Part shown: positions 18,971-29,149 of the stretch, piece by piece
Numbering within the stretch: the first letter of the stretch is position 1
How the letters are laid out: each line of letters begins with the position of its first letter
Source of the DNA: Alkalispirochaeta sp.
Lineage (GTDB): Bacteria > Spirochaetota > Spirochaetia > DSM-27196 > Alkalispirochaetaceae
Length of the DNA: 64,000 bases
Direction: 5' to 3'
Assembly (NCBI GenBank): GCA_965601925.1
Contig: OZ271854.1
Span: 480,001 to 544,000 of the forward strand
Translations under genes and position numbers: made by a program
The notes under the pieces: model-generated
Told to the model about the DNA's origin: nothing
Seen by the model: the letters and a program-made list of their open reading frames with translations, nothing else
Databases searched by the model: none

Positions 18971-20272
18971 TTATAGGCTGCGCCGCCCCCCCACGTAAAC
19001 CGACACGCGCCCCGTCGATTCGGAGACGGCTATCGTAACCGTTTGGGTGACGCCGGTGATGGCGCGCGCGGTGGCGTGGCGGGCCCCTTCGCCGGGACGC
19101 AGGTCGAGATGCTCGGAGGTAACGGCTATGTAGGTGCCGGCCGACGCGACCGTTCCGTCGGGCCTGATGACGAACGCACCGTCAATTTTGGAGAACTCTT
19201 TGATCGTCTCCTCCAAGGACGGATCCAGGATGTTGCGCGCCTCCTCGGGGTATCCGAGAAACGGATTGACGATCAGCTGGTGGGTGTATTCGGTCAGTTC
19301 CTCCTCGGAGCCGATTACGAAGAGGCATCCGATGGGCTTTCCTTCGCGCCCCTCCGAGGCGATCTCCCGCGCCAGCTGGAGCACCTTCCGCGATACCACG
19401 TGGTGAACTCCCGCGGGCAGGCGGTGTGACTGCCGGTGGGCGACGGTGACGACGCGGATCGTGGACAGCCGGTTGGAGGCTCGCGACCCGTAGACTACCA
19501 CCAGCACCTGTCGGTCTTCGAACGCTCCGACGACTGACAACCGCTCGATTTCGCTCTCTACGGCGACCTCGTCGAGCTTCGGGAGGCGCAGACCGGCGAT
19601 CCACTTTGCCGGTACGGAGCGGTCCTCCTCCAAGGAGGCCGACAGAAGAAAGCCCTTGAAGTCTGCGAGCGCCTCTCGCAATCGACGACGATCCGAAAAG
19701 GTGTCCGCGACCACGGCCAGCTCGGCATACGGTAGGGCCGTACTCACGTCCCGCGCCGCCGCTAAGAGTGCCTCGTTCGCTACGTGGAGTCCGTCCGAGG
19801 CGGCCCGGTCGCCGGCATCGGCGTGGTGAGAGGCGACGATCCCGAGCACTTCGCCCTCACTTTCGGCGGCGTCGATCGCGTCGGTTACTCCCGGCGTCCG
19901 AAGGATCCGTGCGATGGAGCTCATGGCCGCAAGATGGCGCCGATCGCCACCGGCAAAGAGCACAATGAGCCGTACCGTCCGATCCGGAGGATCCCATACG
20001 AGGGGAGTACGACACACGCCGACGACGACGATACTGTCGCCGTTACCCGGCTCTACGGCGTGCGGAAAGGCGATGTCGTCGGACACGATCGAGGTCGCGA
20101 TCGCCTCGCGCTCTCGAGCGAGGCGCGCGATAGTGTCGCCGGAAAGATCGGTGCAGTGGGATGAGGCCGCCTCGGCAAGCGTATTGAGCGCCTCGTCCTT
20201 GTCCGTCGTACGCAGAAAGGCCGCGCTGACGCTCGTTGCGCCGTCGGTGTCGTGCTCAAGGGTTATCCGCAT
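18971..20272 (-). CDS. dacZ: PTS EIIA(type 2)-fused diadenylate cyclase, DacZ-like
   Basis: N-terminal EIIA (REREAIATS..DIAFPHA). C-terminal DisA_N with EGREGKPIGCLFVIG, EFSKIDGAFVI, GARHATARAIT and VSESTG. SD GGAGG before ATG 20272. Confidence 0.88.
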   Translation of the reverse strand: MRITLEHDTDGATSVSAAFLRTTDKDEALNTLAEAASSHCTDLSGDTIARLAREREAIATSIVSDDIAFPHAVEPGNGDSIVVVGVCRTPLVWDPPDRTVRLIVLFAGGDRRHLAAMSSIARILRTPGVTDAIDAAESEGEVLGIVASHHADAGDRAASDGLHVANEALLAAARDVSTALPYAELAVVADTFSDRRRLREALADFKGFLLSASLEEDRSVPAKWIAGLRLPKLDEVAVESEIERLSVVGAFEDRQVLVVVYGSRASNRLSTIRVVTVAHRQSHRLPAGVHHVVSRKVLQLAREIASEGREGKPIGCLFVIGSEEELTEYTHQLIVNPFLGYPEEARNILDPSLEETIKEFSKIDGAFVIRPDGTVASAGTYIAVTSEHLDLRPGEGARHATARAITGVTQTVTIAVSESTGRVSVYVGGRRSL

Positions 20273-20345
20273 ACAAAAACCTCCCTGCCGCGGGAGACGC
20301 GCCTCCGCGTCCCCCACCTCTCGTACAACGTCCGGCCGCCTCGAG

Positions 20346-22223
20346 TCAGGCGTGGCGTCGACGCTCACCGAGTAACAGCACGCGCCGTAAGTCGTGAACG
20401 TTACGCGCACCGTCCCAGTCCGCCTGAAATGTATCGCTCTGCAAAAGCTGCGCAATTGCAACCAGGGAGCGCAGGTGCTGGTCGCGTTGATCCTTGGTGC
20501 CGATGAGCACGAACGCGCTGTACGCCGTCTCCCCCTCCGCGGTCCAGCGTATGCCGTGGCGATTACGTACCAACAGGAGTTCCAAGCGCCCCGTCCCTTC
20601 CAAAATGATATGCGGAATCGCGTGCGGGAGCGCGACGCCGGGATACAACAGCGTCGACGCTTGTCCCTCGCGCTCGTTGAGGCGTTCGATCACCTTGTCC
20701 GCGGGGACCTCCCATCGCGCTGCGACCTCCCTCCCGACGAGATCGAACAGATCGTCGCGCGACGTCTCCGCATCCATGTCCACAACGACCGCATCGCGCA
20801 CCATCGCGTCGAAGGTGTCTTCGATGACCTCGTTCCGCTCCAAGAGAATCTCCAACAGCTCGTCTTCGAGCCCTTGATCGACATCCTCCAACTCCGGCCC
20901 GGCGAGCGTCTTCACGACCCGGACGAACGCCGATTTTCGATTGCTGCGCGGACGAGCGTAGGCAACGTACCACAGGATCGACAGCAATGCCATTGCGGCG
21001 ATAACGATGAGCGGCAGCGTTCCGATGGTGGCAAGCAACGCGCCGTACACGACGATGCCGATGATCTGTAAGTACGGGAACAGGGGGGCGCGAAAGGTCG
21101 GCCGGTAGGTGTGGATCGAGGCAAGGCGTACGACCAGGAGTGCGAGATTGGTAGAGAAAAACAAAAAGAGCATGAACGCACTCGCTACCTGCGCCAACTC
21201 TGCGACATCGAGAAATGCGACCACGCTCGCCATGACGGCCGAGGTGAGAATAATCGCGGCGACCGGCGTACCGAAGCGTGGGCTCACACGGCCGAACCAC
21301 GACGGAAGAAGTACATCGCGGCTCATGGACATCGGCACGCGCGAGGCGGTCATGATACCGGCGTTGCCGGTTGTGACGAAGGCGAGGATCGCCGCCACGG
21401 TGACGGCGACGAACATGCCGTTGGGGAGAATCGTAAACCGAGAGGCCGCGTCGCTCAGCGGGGCCACCGACAAAGCGAACTCGCCGGGGGGGAACATGGC
21501 GGTCAGGAGAAGAACGACCACGACGTAAAGCAGCTGGACGACCAAAAAGGCGGCCGTCATACCGCGCACGAGGGACTTGCGCGGATCGCGCACCTCTTCG
21601 GCGATGTTCGCGATCTTGGTGATCCCCCCGTAGGATATGAACACCATGCCGGTAACCGGCAATAGGGCGCCGACGTTCTCGGTTTCCAGACGCGAGGCGA
21701 CGCCTTCAAACGAAGTATCTACGAATCCGACGACGATGAAGGCGACGAGAATGGCGAGCAGCACCGCGACCATGACGTTTTGCACGCCGCTTGAGCTCTC
21801 GACGCTGAGAATGTTTAAGACGCCGAAGAGGACGCACAGTCCGACGCCGACGATACGCACGTGGGTATCGGTGATCGCCGGCGACAGCAGTGATACGAAT
21901 AGGCCGATTCCCAACAGAGCGAATGCGGACTTGAGGGCAATCGTCAGCCAACTCGCGACGCCCGCGAGAATTCCCATCGGTGTCCCCATGATCCGTTCCA
22001 GAAAGAAATAGGTTCCGCCCGATTTCGGAATGGCTGTGGCGAGCTCCAATTGGGTGAAGACTGCGGGGACCATCAAAAGGCCCGCCACGAAGTACGCCGC
22101 GATCACCCACGCTCCGGCCTCGGCGTAGGCGACCGACGGCAGGACGAACAGGCCGGAGCTGATCATCGACCCGGCGCCGATGCTGAACACGCCGACCGCC
22201 GATAGTTTCCGTTCCATCTTCAC
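20346..22223 (-). CDS. APC-superfamily permease fused to a C-terminal PTS EIIA(type 2) domain
   Basis: Motifs GSMISSGLFVLP, ELATAIPKSGGTY, AEEVRDP and SRVPMSMSRD. C-terminal EREGQASTLLYPGVALPHAIPH. Confidence 0.9.
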   Translation of the reverse strand: MKMERKLSAVGVFSIGAGSMISSGLFVLPSVAYAEAGAWVIAAYFVAGLLMVPAVFTQLELATAIPKSGGTYFFLERIMGTPMGILAGVASWLTIALKSAFALLGIGLFVSLLSPAITDTHVRIVGVGLCVLFGVLNILSVESSSGVQNVMVAVLLAILVAFIVVGFVDTSFEGVASRLETENVGALLPVTGMVFISYGGITKIANIAEEVRDPRKSLVRGMTAAFLVVQLLYVVVVLLLTAMFPPGEFALSVAPLSDAASRFTILPNGMFVAVTVAAILAFVTTGNAGIMTASRVPMSMSRDVLLPSWFGRVSPRFGTPVAAIILTSAVMASVVAFLDVAELAQVASAFMLFLFFSTNLALLVVRLASIHTYRPTFRAPLFPYLQIIGIVVYGALLATIGTLPLIVIAAMALLSILWYVAYARPRSNRKSAFVRVVKTLAGPELEDVDQGLEDELLEILLERNEVIEDTFDAMVRDAVVVDMDAETSRDDLFDLVGREVAARWEVPADKVIERLNEREGQASTLLYPGVALPHAIPHIILEGTGRLELLLVRNRHGIRWTAEGETAYSAFVLIGTKDQRDQHLRSLVAIAQLLQSDTFQADWDGARNVHDLRRVLLLGERRRHA

Positions 22224-22322
22224 GAGCTACTCCTCTTGTAACCGATGCCCCAGCAACGGGTCGGCACGCACGGGGGCGACGGCTCCGAGTCTCCTCATCC
22301 CGCGGCCGCAATGGACGCGTCG

Positions 22323-25300
22323 TTACGCCGTTGTACGTTCGGAAACGTTGTCGCGCGTGGAGGTTCCGACACGCCGTTTTCTTTTCTCGTTCATAATAAC
22401 CATTTGGAGACGATTCTCTATATTGCCCAGGCTCGTATCGGGATCGAAATCGAGGCTGATAATGTTCAACCCGGGGCGCTCCTGCTTGATCCGCTTCTCG
22501 AATCCCCGCCCGGTGACGTGGTTGGGCAGACACCCGAAGGGTTGCACGATGACGAACGATTCAATCCCATGGTCGGCCATTGCGATAATCTCACCGGGGA
22601 TCTTCCATCCCTCGGCACCGCGGTAGGTAAGATCGATCATCCCACGGGCGGCGTCGGCGATCTCCTCGATCATCGTCACTTTCTCATCGAACCGGAACGC
22701 GCGTCCGACCTCGCGCACTCGGGAACGCACCGTGTCGTATACCCGTTCGGAAAACGACGCAACCGACCGATCGAGGAGCGGGTGACTACTCCATCCGCGC
22801 GAGGCGACCTCATTGTCGATGAAGGGGTTCTTCCGAAAGAAGAGGTGCATATCCGGAATCACGATCTCCATACCGTGACGTTCCAGATAGCCGCCGACAT
22901 CGAAGTTGGCCGTGGGATGGTAGTTGAGAAGAATCTCGCCCACGATTCCGACTCGCGGCTTTCGGTCTACCCCGTCGTCCAACGCGACGGCGTTGAAGGC
23001 GGCGATCGCCCGTGCCAGAGCGTCCAGCGCACGGCGATAGTTGACTGCCAGGGCGTTGCAAACCGCCTCGACACCGCGCTCCAGGCACGAACGCACCGTT
23101 CCGGCTACCGCCTCGTAGGGCCGCAAACGACGCGCAATACGCTCCAACTCGTCGAGTATCGTTACGCCCCACAACAACCCCAGCTTGTCGGCCAGGCTAA
23201 AACGAAATCCGGGATGCCACACTTTCGTGTCGGTACCCGTAGTAACGATCGGCACCTGAAGGAGGCCGGCGGCGTCCAAGGCGCGGCGTGCGACGGCGGG
23301 ATATTGGCTGGCGCGACACGACTCACAGTTCTTCGCAAGGCCCAACGCCGACGTTGCCGGGTCGATCGTTCCTCGCTCCACGCACGCGAGAAACTCCCCG
23401 ATGTTGACCTGCGCCGGAAAGCATATGTCATTGTGAACGTACCGTTTACCGAGTTCGAATGCTCGAGAATCGGCCAATGGGAGTGTTTGCAGGCGCACGC
23501 CTCGACGACCCAACACCGCCGTCATACAGCGCGAAAAGGCGGGGCTGAGGTTCGGAACGTAGATCGTCTTTGCCGATCGATCGCGGCGTCGGTAACGCGG
23601 AGGGGTCGTGGGGGCGGTAGGTCGCGCGGCGCCCCGCCGTCGCTCCCGTACCGTCTCGATAAACGAGTCGATGCGCAGCCGCAACGGTCCCGCGGCGCTC
23701 CCGTCGTCGACCTTGAGCATGAGAGGGACCTTGCCGGCCCGCGTCTTCAGTATCCAGGCGGCCTCGTCGGCGATCACGGCGTCGTGCCCGCACCCGAAGC
23801 TGACGATCTGAACCATCTCGAGCGCCGCGTTGCGCGCCACCAACTCCGCGGTCGCCAGAACGCGGCTATGAAACGTGATCTCGTTTTCCATCGTGGTGTG
23901 CGACAGGTCGACGCGCGATAATCCGTCCAACGCCTCGGGGATCAGTACCGAGACGCCGTGCCGGGCAAACAACTCGGGAATGTCGTGGTTGATGAATCGA
24001 TCCGCGTGATACGGTCGCCCCACCATTACGACGGCAAAGTCGTCGTTGGCCATAGGGCGCGCCAACACGTCGTTTCCCGCATCGACCAAAAGGCGACGGT
24101 GCCGTGCCAAGGCCGCATCGGCGTGCCGGATCGCGGTGTGGGCAACGTGCGGCGCGATGCCGAACTCCCGCTCCAGAAACGATACGATCTGTTGAGTTCT
24201 ACCGCGCCGAGTGTACCAATGAAAGATGGGATGCAGGAGCGGTTTCCCGTGCCGCGTGAGGGGCTCGTGCATGTTCCCGAGGACCATCGGATACCCCTGC
24301 ACGACGGCGCAATAATGGGCCCCCGACGCGGAACTCGACTCCTTCTCGCCGTAGAGCATCTGGGGTAGAAAAATCGCGTCTACCGAGCGGTCCAATAAAT
24401 CCTCGACGTGTCCGTGAGCGATTTTGGCGGGCAGGCAGATCGTATCCGAGCTCACGTAGGTGACGCCGCGGTCGTACTGAACCGGCGTCGTGGGTCGCGA
24501 GTAGACGACCCGAAAACCGACCGTGCGAAACAACGCGTTCCAGAACGGGGCGGTCTCCCACATGTCGAGAACGCGCGGGATACCGATAGTGAAGTTTTGC
24601 GCCTCCCGTAGCGACGGAACCTCCTGTTGTTCAAAGAGCGCCCGTCGTCTGAGGGCGACGAGGTTGACGCCGGTGGTCGGTTCCGTATGTATCGCTTTCG
24701 TGCCGTCGGATAACGCACCGCCGCGATAACACCGATTACCACCGACGTGGGTCGCGCCGTTGGAAAACCGCACGACGGTACGGGCGCACGCGTTGGCGCA
24801 CAACGAGCACGGTTCGATCTCCTCTCGCCGCCACGACAATGCAAGAAACTCCTCGATGGAGCGCGCCCGCCCGCGTGCACCGTGCGACCACGACACGCTC
24901 CCCGCCGCTTCCATGCCCAACAGCGCCGCGCCGATCGCCCCCATATGTTTGGGATACGAGGGACGCACGAGGTCGCGGGACAGATACCGCTCGGCGGCGC
25001 GAAGGACCGCGTCGTTGGCGAACGTCCCCCCCTCGACGACGATAGTGTCGCCTAACTTCGCGAGATTGTGGGGCCGCACCACCTTTTCGAAGACGTTTTG
25101 CACGACCGAAACGCACAAACCGGCGAGCACATCCTCGGTCGACTTGCCGCGCCGTTGCTCGGTGATGATGGATGAGTTCATAAACACCGTGCACCGCGAA
25201 CCGAGCTTAGCGGGCGAGCGACTCCTCAAGGCGTGGGACGCGACCTCTCCGATCGGTACCGATAGCGTATCGGCGTATGACTCGAGAAAACTCCCGCAGC

Positions 25301-26696
25301 CGGCACTACACGCCTCGTTCACGATGATATCGGTGACCACTCCGTCGTCCAAAAAGATGACCTTCATGTCCTGTCCGCCGATATCGATGACCGCGGTGAC
25401 CCCCGGTGCCACCGCGCGAGCGGCCTTGGCGTGCGCCACCGTCTCCACGCTGCGATGATCGGCTGCGAGCGCGGCGTGAAAGAGCGGCGCGCCGTATCCG
25501 GTTACGCCGACGCCGACGATCGATATATCGACGCCCGCCTCTGATACGGTGCGCTCCAGCTGTTGCATTCCGCGTCTGAACGTCTGCAGCGGATCGCCGT
25601 GGTTGTGATCGTAGAAGAGATGGCGAACCGTCCCCGTGTCGTCCAGGAGGGCGAACTTGCAGGTCGTCGAGCCCGCATCGACGCCCATCCACAACGCCTC
25701 TCCCGCGGCATCGGTGATATCGGGCTCGGAGGCGCGACGACCGTGACGATCGGAAAATGCCGTCCCCGTATCCCGGTCGCCGAAGAGCGCCGTCTCCGCC
25801 TCGTCACCGCGCTGGTCGACCGTGTCGACCGATTCGACCAGGCGCGAGAGTTTTTCGCTCTCGTATCCGCACGGCTCCTCGTCGAACATCGTACCGGCGG
25901 CGATTGCGGCCCCCAGTGCGACGAAGAGTTCGGGATGTTCGGGACGAACGATCTGGGCGTCGGTTAGCGAGAGAGACTCTTGAAAGACCTCTACCAGGCG
26001 ATGTTGGAACGTCAGCGGTCCGCCGGCAAACAGCACGTCGGGCCTCATCTCCAGGCCGTGGGCCAAGCCGCCCAACGTCTGGCGCACGATGGCGTGGAAA
26101 CATGAGAGGGCGAGGTCCGACTTGGCCGCACCGCCGTTGAGAAGCGGTTGAATATCGGTCTTGGCAAATACACCGCAGCGCCCCGACACGTCGTATACGC
26201 GCGTTGCGCGCCCCGCCTCGTCGTCGAACGCTTCGATGGGAATATCGAGAAGGGCCGCCATCTGATCGATGAAGGCACCGGTCCCGCCGGCGCACACGCC
26301 GTTCATACGCATCGCCGAGGGCTCGGCGACTCCGTCGACGGCGGGTGTAAACGTCACGACCTTGGCGTCCTGACCGCCCAACTCGATCGCGGTACGGACC
26401 TCGGGGTACGATCGTCCCACCGCCGCGGCGAGGGCGGTTACCTCTTGGACGAAAAACGCCCCCAGGCACTCGGCGACCGGCTCCGCACCGCTCCCGCAAA
26501 CGGCGACGCGAAAGGCGTTGCGAGGGAGCGCGGCGTGAGCCGCCGCGAGGAGTTCGGCGGCGGTAGCCCGCTGGCGGGTGTGGTGGCGCGCATAGCGCGA
26601 GAACAGCACGCGATCGCCGGTCGAATCGGTTACAACTATCTTCGCCGTGGTGGACCCGATGTCCAATCCCACATGACTCGTCTCTTTGAAGGCCAT
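22323..26696 (-). CDS. 2-hydroxyacyl-CoA dehydratase activase-related multidomain protein (2x BcrAD/BadFG ATPase + DUF2229)
   Basis: Two ASKHA domains (GLDIGSTT..ELGGQDAK..MNGVCAGGTG..RCGVF and GVDAGSTT..DIGGQDMK..NEACSAGCG..RCTVF), plus CLPAK, SFGCGHDA and QPFGCLPNH. Confidence 0.9.
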   Translation of the reverse strand: MAFKETSHVGLDIGSTTAKIVVTDSTGDRVLFSRYARHHTRQRATAAELLAAAHAALPRNAFRVAVCGSGAEPVAECLGAFFVQEVTALAAAVGRSYPEVRTAIELGGQDAKVVTFTPAVDGVAEPSAMRMNGVCAGGTGAFIDQMAALLDIPIEAFDDEAGRATRVYDVSGRCGVFAKTDIQPLLNGGAAKSDLALSCFHAIVRQTLGGLAHGLEMRPDVLFAGGPLTFQHRLVEVFQESLSLTDAQIVRPEHPELFVALGAAIAAGTMFDEEPCGYESEKLSRLVESVDTVDQRGDEAETALFGDRDTGTAFSDRHGRRASEPDITDAAGEALWMGVDAGSTTCKFALLDDTGTVRHLFYDHNHGDPLQTFRRGMQQLERTVSEAGVDISIVGVGVTGYGAPLFHAALAADHRSVETVAHAKAARAVAPGVTAVIDIGGQDMKVIFLDDGVVTDIIVNEACSAGCGSFLESYADTLSVPIGEVASHALRSRSPAKLGSRCTVFMNSSIITEQRRGKSTEDVLAGLCVSVVQNVFEKVVRPHNLAKLGDTIVVEGGTFANDAVLRAAERYLSRDLVRPSYPKHMGAIGAALLGMEAAGSVSWSHGARGRARSIEEFLALSWRREEIEPCSLCANACARTVVRFSNGATHVGGNRCYRGGALSDGTKAIHTEPTTGVNLVALRRRALFEQQEVPSLREAQNFTIGIPRVLDMWETAPFWNALFRTVGFRVVYSRPTTPVQYDRGVTYVSSDTICLPAKIAHGHVEDLLDRSVDAIFLPQMLYGEKESSSASGAHYCAVVQGYPMVLGNMHEPLTRHGKPLLHPIFHWYTRRGRTQQIVSFLEREFGIAPHVAHTAIRHADAALARHRRLLVDAGNDVLARPMANDDFAVVMVGRPYHADRFINHDIPELFARHGVSVLIPEALDGLSRVDLSHTTMENEITFHSRVLATAELVARNAALEMVQIVSFGCGHDAVIADEAAWILKTRAGKVPLMLKVDDGSAAGPLRLRIDSFIETVRERRRGAARPTAPTTPPRYRRRDRSAKTIYVPNLSPAFSRCMTAVLGRRGVRLQTLPLADSRAFELGKRYVHNDICFPAQVNIGEFLACVERGTIDPATSALGLAKNCESCRASQYPAVARRALDAAGLLQVPIVTTGTDTKVWHPGFRFSLADKLGLLWGVTILDELERIARRLRPYEAVAGTVRSCLERGVEAVCNALAVNYRRALDALARAIAAFNAVALDDGVDRKPRVGIVGEILLNYHPTANFDVGGYLERHGMEIVIPDMHLFFRKNPFIDNEVASRGWSSHPLLDRSVASFSERVYDTVRSRVREVGRAFRFDEKVTMIEEIADAARGMIDLTYRGAEGWKIPGEIIAMADHGIESFVIVQPFGCLPNHVTGRGFEKRIKQERPGLNIISLDFDPDTSLGNIENRLQMVIMNEKRKRRVGTSTRDNVSERTTA

Positions 26697-26716
26697 ACTT
26701 AAGCTCCTAGAAGAAC

Positions 26717-26750
26717 TTATGATACTATCAGGGTACCGAAAGTATCATAA
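26717..26750. promoter_or_regulatory. Inverted repeat TTATGATACT-N14-AGTATCATAA, probable TetR operator of the activase gene
   Basis: Perfect 10-bp arms in an AT-rich patch 20 bp upstream of the activase start, next to a TetR gene. Confidence 0.65.
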
Positions 26751-26823
26751 TTTCACAATAGAAACAGTCAAAAGGCGTAATCGTACCGATTAGTGAGGAC
26801 GTTCGGATGGCTCGGAACGTCCG

Positions 26824-27414
26824 TTATCCCTGACGAACGATACCGAACACGGCGATACTCACGATCATCTCGACGATCTCGCCGTACGTATACGTAGTCA
26901 CCTCGTCCACCGGCGCCGTCGAGAGGCGCTCCACCGCGGCCAAAATGAGGGTCGTTACCACCGAACGGGGGATGTCGTCGCGAAACTCTCCCGTTTGCTG
27001 CCCACGCTCGACGATTGCACCAACATAATCGTCGACGAGGCGGCGCCGAAACGCAACGGCTGATCGATACTTATCGTATCGGTACCGCTCAAGATCGCCC
27101 CAGAAATCGTCGCCGAGACGCGACAGCTCCGAGGCCAGCCGAACGACCAGCATTTTTATCTTCTCTACATTTGACTCGCGGCTCTCTACGACCGAGGCGA
27201 CCCTCGAGGAGACGCGTTCGAAGAACTGATCCATTACCGCGTCGAACAGCGCATTCTTGGAACCGAAGTGTCTGTAGACGGTCGCCTTACCGGTTCCGGC
27301 GCGGACGGCGACCTCCTCCATACCGACACGAGAAAACCCGTTACGGAGAAACAACTCCTCGGCGTGGTCGAGAACTCGATTTCGCGTTCTGGCAACTCGG
27401 TCTGATTGTGTCAC
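26824..27414 (-). CDS. TetR/AcrR-family regulator
   Basis: HTH LFLRNGFSRVGMEEVAVRAGTGKATVYRHFGSK. Confidence 0.92.
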   Translation of the reverse strand: MTQSDRVARTRNRVLDHAEELFLRNGFSRVGMEEVAVRAGTGKATVYRHFGSKNALFDAVMDQFFERVSSRVASVVESRESNVEKIKMLVVRLASELSRLGDDFWGDLERYRYDKYRSAVAFRRRLVDDYVGAIVERGQQTGEFRDDIPRSVVTTLILAAVERLSTAPVDEVTTYTYGEIVEMIVSIAVFGIVRQG

Positions 27415-27554
27415 GGTATGGAAATCTTACATGGAAACCAATCGGAAATCGAGACAACCATACCAAAGGAGCACGAAGACGACAACCGCGCCGCAGCCCG
27501 ACGCCATCGACTATTGCGTTCCCGGCGGCCGTATCACACGTTCCCTGTGCTCCA

Positions 27555-27583
27555 TTGACACCGTCGCGTCGCACGCGTATGCT
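27555..27583 (+). promoter_or_regulatory. sigma70 promoter of the DEAD-box helicase, followed by a ~185-nt 5' leader
   Basis: TTGACA-17 nt-TATGCT. Confidence 0.65.
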
Positions 27584-27774
27584 TCGATCTCGTTGATACA
27601 CAACGGTGTTCCCACGTTCGTCGGCCGGCAGGATTGGCTGACACGCCGACGAGAGGAAGACCGTCTGCCTACGGAAATGGTTGCCTGAGGTTCCTGTCCT
27701 GCCCTGATTCCTCCCATAGATCGCCCGTTCCGAACTGCAGCTTCAACAAGTTTTAACACTCAAAGAGGAATCAC

Positions 27775-29043
27775 ATGGATAATCATTTTCTCACGTTGAT
27801 GGAGCCCTTACAGCGGGCGCTCAAAGATAGTGGATTTACCGAACCCACTCCTATTCAAGCTGAGGCTATCCCGACGGCGCTGGCGGGGCACGATATACTG
27901 GGCTGCGCGCAGACGGGGAGCGGCAAGACCGCCGCCTTCAGCCTACCGATCCTCCACCGACTCGCCGAAGAGCGACGCCGCGCGCGCCCCGGCTCACCGC
28001 GCGCGCTCGTCTTGGCGCCGACTCGCGAGCTGGCACACCAAATCGGAGAAGTGTTCGGCGAGTTGGGACGGCACCTTCGTCTACGACGCTTGGTGGTCTT
28101 CGGCGGCGTCGGTAAGCACCCACAGATCAAAAGCCTCGGCCGAGGAGTGGATATTCTCATTGCAACGCCCGGCCGGCTCCTCGATCTCATGAACACCGGG
28201 GACGTGACCTTGCGGGATATCGAGATCGTCGTGCTTGACGAGGCGGACCGCATGTTGGACATGGGCTTTCTTCCCGACGTCAAGCGTATTATCGCCGCCC
28301 TGCCGCAACGCCGACAATCGCTCTTCTTCTCCGCGACGCTCCCGACGGAAGTCGCGGGGCTGGCTGCGAATATGCTCGTCGACCCCACGCGCATCGAAAT
28401 CGAACGGACGATCGAAACGACGCCCCGTATCGATCAGACTCTGTTGTTCGTCGATCGGAGCAACAAGCGCGAGCTGTTGATGAACCTGCTTGCAGAGGGG
28501 AACTGGTCGCGAACGATCGTCTTTACGCGCACCAAGTACGGCGCGCGCAATCTTGAAAAGAGGCTCGCACGCAACGGCCTCTCGGTCGACTCTCTCCACG
28601 GCGACAAATCGCAAACCGCCCGACGCAAGGCACTGGACGGATTCAGCTCCGGGAGGATCGACGTCCTGGTCGCCACCGACATCGCCTCCCGAGGGCTCGA
28701 TGTCGACGATGTGACACACGTCATTAACTACGAGCTGCCTCACGAACCGGAAGTGTACGTGCACCGCATCGGCCGCACGGCGCGAGCAGGTAAAGAGGGA
28801 AGCGCGGTCTCATTTTGCGACACCACCGAGATCAAGCAACTGGTGGACATTGAGAAGCTTCTTAAGGCGCGCGTACCCGTAGATATCGACCACCCATTTC
28901 ATTGCCAGGACGCCCAGCAGGCTCGAAATGTCGTCGACTCGCGCGCCGGAGGGCGTAATCGACGCGGCGGTGGTGGAGCGCCGCGGCCGCGGGGCCGGAA
29001 CACGCGCCGCGGTCGCAACTCGCGTACCGCACCTCGCGCATAG
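27775..29043 (+). CDS. DEAD-box RNA helicase (RhlE-like)
   Basis: Q motif PTPIQ, AQTGSGKT, PTRELA, TPGRL, DEAD, SAT, HRIGRTAR and an Arg/Gly-rich tail. Confidence 0.96.
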   Translation: MDNHFLTLMEPLQRALKDSGFTEPTPIQAEAIPTALAGHDILGCAQTGSGKTAAFSLPILHRLAEERRRARPGSPRALVLAPTRELAHQIGEVFGELGRHLRLRRLVVFGGVGKHPQIKSLGRGVDILIATPGRLLDLMNTGDVTLRDIEIVVLDEADRMLDMGFLPDVKRIIAALPQRRQSLFFSATLPTEVAGLAANMLVDPTRIEIERTIETTPRIDQTLLFVDRSNKRELLMNLLAEGNWSRTIVFTRTKYGARNLEKRLARNGLSVDSLHGDKSQTARRKALDGFSSGRIDVLVATDIASRGLDVDDVTHVINYELPHEPEVYVHRIGRTARAGKEGSAVSFCDTTEIKQLVDIEKLLKARVPVDIDHPFHCQDAQQARNVVDSRAGGRNRRGGGGAPRPRGRNTRRGRNSRTAPRA

Positions 29044-29149
29044 CTTCCGATCGGATCATACGCACCACGCCGGTGCGAAAGGGTGGTCCGATTCCAGATG
29101 CGATCTGTGGGGCGTCGCGCCGTCGTGCGCGGGGTGACGTCGAGCACCG

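Noticed and set aside
18971..20272. DAC as part of an anti-phage cyclic-nucleotide system
   Set aside because: No effector nuclease, TIR, SAVED or other defence genes are nearby. The architecture fits a housekeeping DacZ type.
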